Source: an uncultured Candidatus Rokubacteria bacterium (lineage in GTDB: Bacteria > Methylomirabilota > Methylomirabilia > Rokubacteriales > CSP1-6). From it: DNA of 64,000 bases. Below, piece by piece: positions 19,901 through 29,767 of this stretch; within the stretch, counting starts at the first letter, position 1, and each line of letters opens with the position of its first letter. The DNA lies in the NCBI GenBank assembly GCA_963789955.1, contig CAWBMV010000022.1, positions 320,001 to 384,000 on the forward strand, written 5' to 3'. The notes under the pieces were generated by a model. That model was not told where the DNA came from and did not search any database. It was given only the letters and a program-made list of their open reading frames with translations. Both the position numbers and the translations under genes were made by a program.

Positions 19901-22900
19901 CTGTGCCTGGGTCCACGACAGGGTCGTGATGCGCTCGAACCTCGCCGGATCGCGATACTTGTCGGCCATGCCGAGCACGGCGGCTCGTGTGTCGGCGAGC
20001 ATCGTGGAGAATACGACGCGGCCGCTCTGCCCGGGCGCGAGCCGCAGCCGGCGCCTCAGGCTGAAGATCGGGTCGAGCACAAAGCCCGTCGTGTTGGAGA
20101 GTGGCCGGCCTTCGATCATCGACATCGGCGTGCGGATGCCGCGGCCGCGTCCCAGGAAGCGCCCGCGCTCCGTCTCGTACTGCGAGCCGCCGGTGCTGGT
20201 GCCCTCGACGGAGACGACGTGGGCGGCCCAGACGCGCGGCTCGTCCGGTGAGCGGGGCCGACGGGTGGCCAGGAGCGTATCGAGCTCGGCGACGGCCTCG
20301 GTCTGAACGAAGAGATTGGAGAACGCGGGATGGGCCGCGTCGTCGCGCGGCGGCGCCAGCACGATCTCGGCGTACGAAGTCACCTCGATCTCGCGCGCCT
20401 CGCTGCCGAGATTCGTCAGGGTCACGCGCCGGATCTCGGCGTCGTCCTCCGGCGAGACCAGCACCTCGAGCCGCGTCAGCAGATGGTCGTCGCGCCGCTG
20501 GATCTCGGCGCGGTCCTCCAGGAAGGTCACCTCGTAGCTGTCGGGCTCGACCCCCGAGGGCTGGAGGCCGGCCGACCAGACGGCGCCGCTTCGCGTGTCG
20601 CGCAGGAAGATGAACGTCCCCCAGGCGTCGCGCGTCGTGTCCTCGCGCCAGCGAGTCACCGCGAGGCCGCCGCAGTGACTGTAGCCGCCGCCCGCCGTGG
20701 TCATCATCACGAAGTAGCGGCCGTTGGAGAGCAAGTGCGTGTGCGGCACCGGATCGGACACGGACGTGAACCGCCGCGAGGTCGGCGCCTCGAGCGCGCG
20801 CGTGACCTCGTGCGCGGGCGCTTCCTTCGCGCGCGGGCGCATCACCGGCACGTCGCGCGGCGCGCGCTCCTGCAAGATCAGCTCGGTGGCCTGCACCATC
20901 GGCTGAGCGTGGAATCGCTCGCGCATGCGGCCGTCGAGCAGGACGTTGGCGAGGGCCACGACCGTCATGCCCTGGTGGTGAGCCATGTAGGTGTGGATCA
21001 CGGCGACGTCCGCGCCCTCGGGCAGGCGCTCGCGCGTGTAGTCGAGCGCCTCGTAGAAGCCGTACGGCCCGAGACCGCCGGCGCGCGCGATCTCGCCGAA
21101 GTTGCGGGCCGCCGCCGAGGGATAGACCATCGCGGCCAGCGCCGTCGCGTAGGGCGCGATGACCAGATCGTCCCCGAGCCCGCGCTCGAGCCCGAGCCCG
21201 GGCACGCCGAAGCTCGAGTACTGGTAGGTGAGGTCGAGGTCGCGCACGTTGTACGCGGATTCCGAGATGCCCCAGGGCACGCCGCGAGCCTTCGCGTAGG
21301 AGATCTGGCGCTGAACGGCCAGGCGGGACGTCTGCTCGAGCAGGCTGCCGTCGGGCTCCCGCATGACGAGCCCGGGCATCAAATACTCGAACATCGAGCC
21401 CGACCACGAGACCAGCGCGATGCCCGACTCGACCGGGGTCATCGGCCGCGCGAGCCGGAACCAGTGGACGGCCGACACGTCACCCCGGGCGATCGCGACG
21501 AAGCTCGTCAGCCGGGCCTCAGATGCCAGAAGATCGTAGCGACTCTCGTCGAGTGATCCGTCGGTGACGCGATAGCCGATCGCGAAGAGCTGGCGGGGTT
21601 CGTCGAACAGGAACGTGAAGTCCATCGCATCGAAGAGCTCGCCGGCCGTGTGCGCCGCGTTCTCCAGGCTCTTCATGAGCGCTTCGGCCGCACGCGCCGA
21701 GTCCTCGAGCGAGGCGATCACGGCCGTCGCGCGAGTCCGATCGAGCGAGCCGCCCGCCTTGTCGTCCGAGCTCTCCACCCATTCGGCGAGCTCGCGCGCC
21801 GCCGCTCGGGCCAGCTCCGGCAGATGGCCGAGCAGCGGCGGCCCGTCGAGCAGACGCGCGACGACGGTCCCGTTCTGGCGCTCGGGCGGGAGAGAGCGGC
21901 GGAGATCGTCGAGCCCTTCGATCCACGGCACGATCGCGTCGAGATCGCGCCGGTGGGAGGCGATCGTCGCCTGAGCGACGTCCGCCCACACGACGGCCTC
22001 GGCGCCCGTGTCCTCGGGAAGCGCCTTCGCGCGCTCGCCGAGCCCCCGGACGGCAGTCGCCATCTCGACGAGGCGGTTCGGCCACGCGTGCGAGCGTCGG
22101 AGGCTCCTGTCCCAGCGCGGCGCGGATCTCATCGACGGAGGTGCGAGCGTCGGCCGGAAGCGCGTCACGCAGCAGGACAAGCGCCGCGTCGATGCCACGC
22201 TGGACCTCGGCTCCGACGATCGGACGCTGGACGCGCTCGCGCGCGGCGACCGCGAGGACGCTGAGATGCCCGGCGAGATTGCCGCTGTCGACCGAGGACA
22301 CGTACCGCGGCTCGAGGGGCTTGAGGTTCTTCGTGTCGTACCAGTTGTACAGGTGGCCGCGATAGCGCTCGAGATCGCCGATCGTCGCCAGGGTGGCCCC
22401 GATCCGATCGATCGCGTCGAGCGTGCCGATGAAACCGAGGTCCCGCGCCGCCACCGCCGAGAGGAGATAGACGCCCATGTTGGTCGGCGAGGTGCGGTGG
22501 GCGACGACCGGCCGCGGATCGTCCTGAAAATTATCCGGCGGCAGCCAGTTGTCTTCGGCGGTCACGAACGTCTCGAAGAAGCGCCAGCTCCGTCGCGCCG
22601 CCGTCAGGATGATCTGCCGCTCGTCGGCGGTCAGCTGCTCGGGGGGCCGCGTGACCATCGGACGGCTGATCAAGCGGGCCACCGCGGGCGAGAGGGCCCA
22701 GAGGACGGCGAACGCCGCGGCGACCGCGCGCGCGTCTCCCGAGCTCGACGCGGCGATCACCACCGCGACGAGCGCCAGCACGAGGGCGCCCCACATCTTC
22801 GCGTACGTCCGGGCGAGATCGAGCCGGGCGCTCGACTTCACCTGCGCGGCGGTGACCCATTCGAGCATCCGCCGGCGCGTGACGACGAGCCGGAGCAAGG

Positions 22901-25557
22901 TGCGCCCGACCGCATCGGCCATGAGCCAGGCCTGGTGCGCGAGCAAGGTGAGCGCGAGCGCGATCTGCGCCGCGGCGAGCGCCACGGTCGTGCCGATGCC
23001 GCGCAGGTAGGCGCGCTTGGATCCGCCGGGCCGTCGCGGGATGAGATCGGTCGACACCGGGACCAGTGCCGGCACCGCGAGACAGAGCAGCACCAGCTTG
23101 GTCCACACCATCGGCGCGCCGGCCGGCAGGGTCCAGCCGAGCACGAGCGTGAGATAGGCGCCGGGAGCCGACAGCGTGCGCCTCAGATTGTCGAGCATCT
23201 TCCAGCGGCCGATCGTGGGAATCCGCGCCCGCGAGGCGCCGATCCCGGCCGCGCCGCGAATCAGCCACGGCAGCAGCTGCCAGTCGCCGCGGGCCCACCG
23301 ATGCTGGCGCGCCGCCGCGACCTCGTAGCGCGCCGGGAAATCCTCGAAGAGCTCGATGTCGGTGACCAGCGCCGCCCGCGCGAAGAGGCTCTCGAAGAGA
23401 TCGTGGCTGAGGAGCGTGTTCTCCGGCACCCGCCCCTCGAGCGCGCGCTCGAACGCGTCGACGTCGTAGATGCCTTTGCCGGTGTACGAGCCCTCGGCGA
23501 AGAGATCCTGGTACACGTCCGACACCGCGGCGGCGTACGGATCGACGCCGGCCGGACCCGAGAACACTTGCCGAAAGAACGAGGCTTCTCGCTCGGTGGG
23601 CAAGGTGGGCGCGATGCGCGGCTGCAGGATCCCGTACCCCTCGACGACACGCCCTTCGCGCGGCTCGAGCCGAGGCCGGTTCAGCGGATGCGCGAGCGTG
23701 CCGATCAGGCGCGAGGCCGCGCCGCGGGGCAGCTGCGTGTCGGCGTCGAGCGTGATCACGAAGCGAATCGCCGCCGGCACCTCGAGCGCGTCGCCGACGA
23801 ACGAGGTGTCGGTCGCGCCGCGCAGCAGGCGGTTGAGCTCGTGGAGCTTGCCGCGCTTGCGCTCCCAGCCCATCCAGCGGCCCTCGCTCTCGCTCCAGAG
23901 GCGCCGGCGGTGGAACAGATAGAAGCGTGCTTCACCGCCGGTGGCAGGACCGTGACGCCGGTTGAGCTCGGCGATGCCGGCCCGTGCGGCGGCCAGCAGC
24001 GGCGCGTCGTCGGGCGCGTGCTCCTGGGCCGAATCCGTCCAGTCCGACAGGAGCGCAAAGCGCAGCTCGCCGTCGTCGTTGGCGAGATAGTGGACGCCCA
24101 GCCGCGCGATCTGCTCGGCGATCTGCGCCGGCCCGGTGAGGAGCGTCGGCACGACCACGAGCGTCTTCAGCTCGAGCGGCACGCCGTCGGCCAGCTCGAG
24201 CCGCGGCAGGGCGCGGGGCGGCAGCAGCTCGACGATCGCGCGATTGACGAGCGCCGTCGCCGCGTCCGAGGCGGGCAGCGCCGCGAGCGCGGCGAGGACG
24301 ATCAGGAAGAGCAGGCTCACGCCGAGGGCATGGGTGAACAAGACCGGCAAACAGAGCAGAAAGCCGGTGACGATCGCGATCGAGCCGAGATAGCTCCACG
24401 TCGCCGAGGCCATGTAGGCGCGCGTGAGCCGCTGACGCAGCGACACCCGGTAGCCGAGCGCGTGCTCGAGGTTGGGACGCCCCTTCGAGATCAAGAAGTA
24501 GCCGAGATCCTCGGTGCGCCGCTCGCGGCTGCCCGCCAGATTCAAGGTCTGACGGGCCACGTCGAGCTCCGCGCGGTCCGACCCGCGGGCCAGATCCTCG
24601 ACGGCGTGGCGATAGCGGTCGCGGGTGGCGAAGTCCATCGCGCCGAACTCGCTCTCGGCGCGGAAGAGCCGATCGACCAGGCTGACCTTCTCGACGAAGT
24701 CGCGCCAGTCGAAGGTGGTCATGATGCGGAGGCTCGTGATCACGTTGCGCACGGTCACGTTCGCGGCCGCCTGCCGCTGGTGCTCCGCGCGGACGAGGTC
24801 GTGCGCGGACGTGCCGCGGGCGGCGAGGCGCTCGTCGAGCCAGCGCGTCGCCGGCGTGGTGACCGGGTCCTGATCGCGCAGGCGCTGGGAGAGCCGCACG
24901 GCGAACGTCGTGTTCAACGCCGCGTCGTCGATCGCGCGAAACGCCTGCGGATCGGCCGGGACATCCGTCTGACCCAGCAGGAGATTCGCGAGCTGGTCGG
25001 CCTCGAGCCGCGCCTCGCGGCGTTCCACGATCTCCACGGCCAGCCGTCGCAGGTTCTCGATCAGCGCGAGCCGGAGCGCGATCGGCACCGCCCAGAGCTC
25101 GCTGATGCGCAGCGCGTCCGTGCGCTGGAAGGCGAGCACGAAGCGCTGGAGCGTGACAGCGTCGAAGCGACTGTCCGTGTGGGCGACGTACGTCCACGCG
25201 AGCTCGAGCACGCGCGGCGCGCCCGGCGAGCGGCCCTTCGTCGAGGGTCGGCAGCTGGCGATAGAAGCCCCGCGGCAAGTCGGTGCGGATCTCGTTGAGC
25301 ACTTCCTCGACGATGTGGAAGTTGTCGACCAGCCACTCGGCGGCCGGGGTCGTCGCTCGCTCGTCGTCGATGACGGCGGCCAGGGTTTGGTAGCAGCGGA
25401 GCAGGACGCGTCCGCTTTCTCGCGTGCGCGACAGCAAGCCCAGCTCCGGGCGGCGGCCGGGTGAGACCCGGTGCCGTGCGATCGTCTCGGCTAGCTCCTC
25501 GAGCCGCTCGACGCTGAGGATCTCATCGCGAATAGGCTCTGCCCCCGAGAGCGTCAT
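16904..25557 (-). CDS. ndvB: Cyclic beta-1,2-glucan synthase (Cgs/NdvB/ChvB; GT84 + cyclisation domain + GH94), two frameshifts (~25225, ~22090)
   Basis: About 2880 codons in total; AEWLVDNFH, GWERKRGKL, LDADT, SHDLFE, RQHRWARGDWQ, PPDNFQ, YDLLASEARL, SWSGSMFEYLMP, GTGDWNDGM, ENGGQYTH, WTWYTGSAGW. Confidence 0.92.
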
Positions 25558-25613
25558 ATAGATGTGCGCCTATATGTGCGCCGGGGTCCGCCTGTTGCGA
25601 GCTCGACACATGC

Positions 25614-25742
25614 TGTAAGATTTGCTTGGTAGAGATTGCTCGATCGTCCCGGCCGGCTACCCGCGCGAAGGGTCACGGACGTCGACATTTCGCGTACATC
25701 GACATGAACAGCTTGCGCACGACACCTTGGCATTTCAATTGC
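25614..25742 (+). promoter_or_regulatory. sigma54 promoter (25728-25742) with tandem upstream motif (25614, 25628)
   Basis: TGGCAT-TTCAA-TTGC; TGTAAGATTTGCT and GGTAGAGATTGCT at 14-bp period. Confidence 0.7.
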
Positions 25743-25769
25743 GATGTCGTGGTCGTGGAGGATTGGCGG

Positions 25770-26016
25770 ATGAGAGTCGCAATCGGTCTGATCGGGCTCA
25801 GCCTCATCGGCGGGGTGGTACCGACCGGGTTTGCTGGGTATCACGCACGCAGCGCAGGTCCTGGCGGGTACCGCCGGGGCGCTGCTCGCGCTGTTGCTCT
25901 TCTGCCTGGGCGGTGCCGCCGCCGCTCGGCGAGCCGCTCCCACCGTCGTGCGGGTCACGCCGCGACGGCCGCACGGCTCCATCGCGTCGTCCCAATCCGT
26001 TCCTCGCAGTATTTGA
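25770..26016 (+). CDS. Small hypothetical membrane protein (probably one frameshift near 25830)
   Basis: SD GGAGGA, ATG 25770; MRVAIGLIGLSLIGGVVPTG|LLGITHAAQVLAGTAGALLALLLFCLGG...; directly downstream of a sigma54 site. The uncorrected frame ends at 26093. Confidence 0.45.
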
Positions 26017-26051
26017 AGGTCCACGTCTCGACCCGCGCCGCGGCCAAAAAT

Positions 26052-26175
26052 TGCAACGCCCATGCCGTGCCCGCGCGGGAAGCTCCCCGCTGAATTCGGA
26101 ACTTTGACGCCCCGCCTGCATCAAGAACTGTCATCCGACGAGCGACTCTGTAACAACTACCGTGTAAGACCGTCT
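26052..26175 (-). promoter_or_regulatory. sigma54 promoter (26052-26067) with tandem upstream motif (26149, 26163)
   Basis: Minus strand CGGCAT-GGGCG-TTGCA; TGTAACAACTACC and TGTAAGACCGTCT at 14-bp period. Confidence 0.6.
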
Positions 26176-26210
26176 TGACACCTTGCAAGCCGGCTGCTAG
26201 ACGTGGCGTC

Positions 26211-26526
26211 ATGACGACCACGGCGAGACCGCTCGACGGCGTGCGAGTGCTCGAGCTGGCCCGGTTCCAGGCCGGACCACGCGGCGGGATGATCCTATCC
26301 GACCTCGGCGCCGAGGTCATCAAGATCGAGCCGCCGGGCGGTGAGGAGACCCGCACGCATCCACCGACGGCACACGGCGAGATCATCGCCGTCCTCGGTG
26401 TACGACCGCGGCACGACGATCGTGTGCCTCAACCTTCGCGACGGGCGCGGCCAGGAGGTATTCGCCGCGCGGTCAAGAAGTCGGACATCGTCTCGAGAAC
26501 TTCCGCCGGGGGTGATCGCGACGATG
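26211..26526 (+). pseudogene. CaiB/BaiF CoA-transferase N-terminal relic
   Basis: PLDGVRVLELARFQAGPRGGMILSDLGAEVIKIEPPGG, then frameshifted SVYDRG..VCLNLRD..VKKSDIV..ENFR; truncated at about 105 codons; TTGACA at 26175 upstream. Confidence 0.8.
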
Positions 26527-26838
26527 CTGTCCCGACCCTTGCGCCTCATCGCACTGCTCGCCAGATCTGATCGACGTCGTCTCGGGGCCGGCTTTCTCGT
26601 GTCGCTCCTCGTCGGGCTCTCGTTCGGCTGCGGCTACGTCGAGGCGCTCACCGTCGGCGTCACGGACGTGCTCACACCGCTCGAGCAGCCGCCGGTCGCC
26701 ACGATCGATCACGGCGCGGTCTCCCTGACGGCGCCGCAACCGACGGGCACCGGGATCGTCGTCACGCGAATCTTCGATGTCGAAGTCGAGCCGCTCCGTC
26801 CTGTTCAAGACCGCGCTCCTCCCTCTCTCGCCTCCTAG
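26524..26838 (+). CDS. Putative RAPP-motif leader / arrest peptide with an N-terminal hydrophobic segment
   Basis: 104 aa: basic N-terminus, hydrophobic GFLVSLLVGLSFGCG, ends QDRAPPSLAS*. Confidence 0.5.
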   Translation: MLSRPLRLIALLARSDRRRLGAGFLVSLLVGLSFGCGYVEALTVGVTDVLTPLEQPPVATIDHGAVSLTAPQPTGTGIVVTRIFDVEVEPLRPVQDRAPPSLAS

Positions 26839-26980
26839 CTAGCTCGGCGCGCCCCCGGCTCCTCCCACCGCGAGTGGACTCGTGCGTGGCTGCCCAGGGG
26901 TGCGTCTGCGTTGTTCACGGTCGGCCGAGGAGTGGTCTACGTCTCCGCCGATCGATCTCACACAGAGGGGAGGTGAAGAC

Positions 26981-27247
26981 ATGCTCCGGATCATGTTCGT
27001 GCTGTTCACGCTCGTTTCGCTGCTGTGGATGTCGGCCGCGGCGATGGCACAGCAGGCGTCGATGATGAGCGATTGCGACAAGTGGATCGCCACGATCAAC
27101 GCCGAGGCCGGCGCTCGAGTCGACGAGGCCAGCTACACGGCCAAGCAGAAGATCGACGACATCGCCAAGATGTGCAAGGAAGGGAAGATGGCCGAGGCGC
27201 AGAAGACGTCCATGGATGCGATGACCCTGCTCGGGATCAAGCAGTAA
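26981..27247 (+). CDS. Small secreted Met-rich protein with two Cys
   Basis: SD GGGGAGG; Sec signal ending AMA|QQ; mature part of 65 aa has 6 Met and 2 Cys. Confidence 0.8.
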   Translation: MLRIMFVLFTLVSLLWMSAAAMAQQASMMSDCDKWIATINAEAGARVDEASYTAKQKIDDIAKMCKEGKMAEAQKTSMDAMTLLGIKQ

Positions 27248-27249
27248 CG

Positions 27250-27430
27250 GGTGCACGCACCGTGGTGGTGGCTCGGCGCGGCTGGGCCACCACCGCGCGC
27301 ACCGCCGCAATCTATCGGCACGCCTCGGCCAGCGTGGCCCGTTCGTATCGCTCGCCTCGGGTCTGGGGGCCCCAGCCCCCGGCCGGCCCTGCGGCTCGCA
27401 CAGCGGCCCCGCGACGGCCGGCGGCGCGCA
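27250..27430. repeat. GC-rich palindromic intergenic element (hairpin plus REP-like)
   Basis: GGTGGTGGC(27264)/GCCACCACC(27286) stem with outer extension; GGGGGC-CCCA-GCCCCC hairpin further on. Confidence 0.45.
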
Positions 27431-27506
27431 CTACCTCCTGATAGACTACGACCCGCCCGCGACGGGCCCGGTGCCGCCCGACGAGGCGTGATCGAAAGGA
27501 CAGGCG

Positions 27507-28365
27507 ATGAAATTCGGACTGCACTCCGTCAACTTGCACACCTGCGGCTATCCCGACGCGGCCGCGCGCCTCGGCCGAGCGGCCGAGGCCGCCGGCTTCG
27601 AATCGCTCTGGGTCGCCGATCACGTGGTGCTGCCCGACCCGCCGGTGGCGGGGCGGCCGATGGCGCCGGACCAGCGGCTGCTCGATCCGATCGTGGCGCT
27701 GACGTTTCTGGCGGCGCACACCCAGCGCATTCGCCTCGGCGACCGGCGTGATCATCCTGCCGCAGCGCCAGGCGCTGGTGCTCGCCAAGCAGCTCGCCTC
27801 GCTCGACGTGCTCTCGAACGGCCGGCTCATCTTCGGGCTCGGCGTCGGCTGGTGCGAGCCCGAGATGCGCTCGGTCGGCGCGCCCTTCGCCGAGCGCGGC
27901 CGCGTGGCCGACGACTATCTGGCGGCGATGCGCGCGGTGTGGACGCAGCCCAAGCCGTCGTATCGCGGCCCGTACGTGGCGTTCGACGGCGTGCAGGCGA
28001 TGCCGCGCCCGGTGCAGACGCCCGTGCCCATCGTGGTCGGCGGGCGCACGGCGCCGGCCTACCGGCGCGCGGTGACCCAGGGCCACGGCTGGTACGGCTT
28101 CGGGATCAACGTCGAGGACACGCAGAAGATCGTCGCCACCTTGCGCGACACCGCCAAGAAGCACTCGCGGCCGGCCGAGCTCGGACGGCTCGAGATCAGC
28201 GTGACGCCGCCGGGCTTCGACGTTCCGGACAAGGCGACGCTCGACGCCTACGCGGCGGCCGGCGTCGATCGGCTGATCCTGCGACCGCGCCCGGAGATGG
28301 ACGCCGCGGCGCTCGAGCGCTTCGCCGCCGAGACCGGACGCGCGCTCGGCCTGCGGGCGGCGTGA
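27507..28365 (+). CDS. LLM-class (F420-dependent, Rv2161c-like) oxidoreductase, frameshift near 27740
   Basis: AEAAGFESLWVADHVVLP, DPIVALTFLAAHTQRIRLG|TGVIILPQR..LAKQLASLDVLSNGRLIFGLGVGW. Confidence 0.85.
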
Positions 28366-28372
28366 GGCGGCC

Positions 28373-29611
28373 ATGAAGATCGCGAGAGTCGAAGCGCTCC
28401 ATTGCGACGGCGGCTGGCGGCCGTGGACGTTCGTGCGCATCGAGACCGATACCGGCTTGATCGGCTGGGGTGAGTGCAGCGACAACCGGAGCCCGCACGG
28501 CATCGCCGGCTCGGTGCGCGACATGGCGGATCTGTTGATCGGCCAGGATCCGCGGCCGGTCGAGCGGCTCTACTGGGACATGCTGCGACGGATGCGCCAG
28601 AACAGCGGCGGCGTGTCGCACAAGGCGATGGCCGGCATCGAGCTGGCCCTGTGGGACATCAAGGCCAAGGCGCTCGGCGTGCCGGTCTACGAGCTCTTCG
28701 GCGGCCCGATGCGCGATCGCATGCGCCTCTACTGGTCGCACTGCGGGACGACGCGGGCGCGCATGGGGCAGTTCCTGGGCACACCGCCGCTGAAGACCTA
28801 CGACGACATCGCGGCACTCGGGCGCGAGGTGGTGAAGCGGGGATTCACCGCGCTCAAGACCAACATGGTGATCCCGGGCGATCCGGCCACCGTGTACTTC
28901 CCCGGGTTCGCCAGCGGCATCAACACCACCGACGGGGCGCCGACGGTCGAGATCCTGGACGCGATCGATCGCCTGATCGGCACCTTCCGCGAAGCCGTCG
29001 GCCCGAAGGTGGGCCTCTGCCTCGACCTGAACTACAACTTCCGCACGGAGGGCGTGCTGCGGATCGCCAAGCTGCTCGAGAAGTACGACATGCAGTGGGT
29101 CGAGTACGACAACTGGGATCCGGACGCGCTCCTGCAGATCAAGCAGTCGACGTCCACGCGGCTGGCCTCGTGCGAGAGCCTGGTGAGCTTGCGGCAGTAC
29201 CGGCCGTTTCTCGAGAAGCACGCGGTCGACGTGGCGATCATCGACGTGCCGTGGAACGGCTTCTCGCAATCCGTGCAGATCGGGCGACTGGCCGAAGCGT
29301 GCGAGATCAACATCGCCCCGCACAACTACTACAGCCACCTGGCCGACCTGCACTCGTTGCACCTCTGCGCGGTGCTCCCGAACGTGCGCATCATGGAGAT
29401 CGACATCGACGACGTGCCGTGGAAGGGCCCGCTCGTCACGCGCCCGCCGGTGATCCGCGACGGCCACATCTGGCTGACGGACGCGCCGGGCTGGGGCGCC
29501 GACGTCGACGAGCGCGTGCTGCGCGAGCATCCCTGGCCGCGGCCGGGGGACGGCGGGCCGCAGCTCTTCTACGGGATGGATCCGGGGCAGATGGCGGCGC
29601 GGCCGCGGTAA
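28373..29611 (+). CDS. Mandelate racemase / muconate lactonising enzyme family protein
   Basis: ETDTGLIGWGE, GIELALWDIKAKALGVPVYELFGG, KxN motif (ALKTN), metal ligands in LDLN / WVE / CES, APH. Confidence 0.9.
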   Translation: MKIARVEALHCDGGWRPWTFVRIETDTGLIGWGECSDNRSPHGIAGSVRDMADLLIGQDPRPVERLYWDMLRRMRQNSGGVSHKAMAGIELALWDIKAKALGVPVYELFGGPMRDRMRLYWSHCGTTRARMGQFLGTPPLKTYDDIAALGREVVKRGFTALKTNMVIPGDPATVYFPGFASGINTTDGAPTVEILDAIDRLIGTFREAVGPKVGLCLDLNYNFRTEGVLRIAKLLEKYDMQWVEYDNWDPDALLQIKQSTSTRLASCESLVSLRQYRPFLEKHAVDVAIIDVPWNGFSQSVQIGRLAEACEINIAPHNYYSHLADLHSLHLCAVLPNVRIMEIDIDDVPWKGPLVTRPPVIRDGHIWLTDAPGWGADVDERVLREHPWPRPGDGGPQLFYGMDPGQMAARPR

Positions 29612-29739
29612 GAACGAAGCGCGCTTCGCGTCTCGCCTCCAGGGCACTCTGCCCAGGACGTTGGGCAATACGCGGCGGGACGCCTGAGATGACCCGGGCG
29701 AATCGCGCTCGCAGTCAGCATCATCGACGAATCATCGGG

Positions 29740-29755
29740 TGGCATCGTCGCTGCA
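29740..29755 (+). promoter_or_regulatory. sigma54-type promoter for the secreted-protein operon
   Basis: TGGCAT-CGTCG-CTGCA (GG-N10-GC), 13 nt before ATG 29768. Confidence 0.55.
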
Positions 29756-29767
29756 CCTTGCTCGCGC

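Noticed and set aside
18222..25298. Very long alternative-frame and antisense ORFs (1061 aa, 1096 aa; similarly 48661-51414 and 48962-51475)
   Set aside because: Arg/Ala/Gly-rich shadows of real genes, expected in high-GC DNA where stop codons are scarce; no motifs.
29607..29619. GGTAAGAACG half-site upstream of the 29740 sigma54 promoter
   Set aside because: Only a half match, overlapping a stop codon and with no 14-bp partner; insufficient to place the secreted operon in the same regulon.
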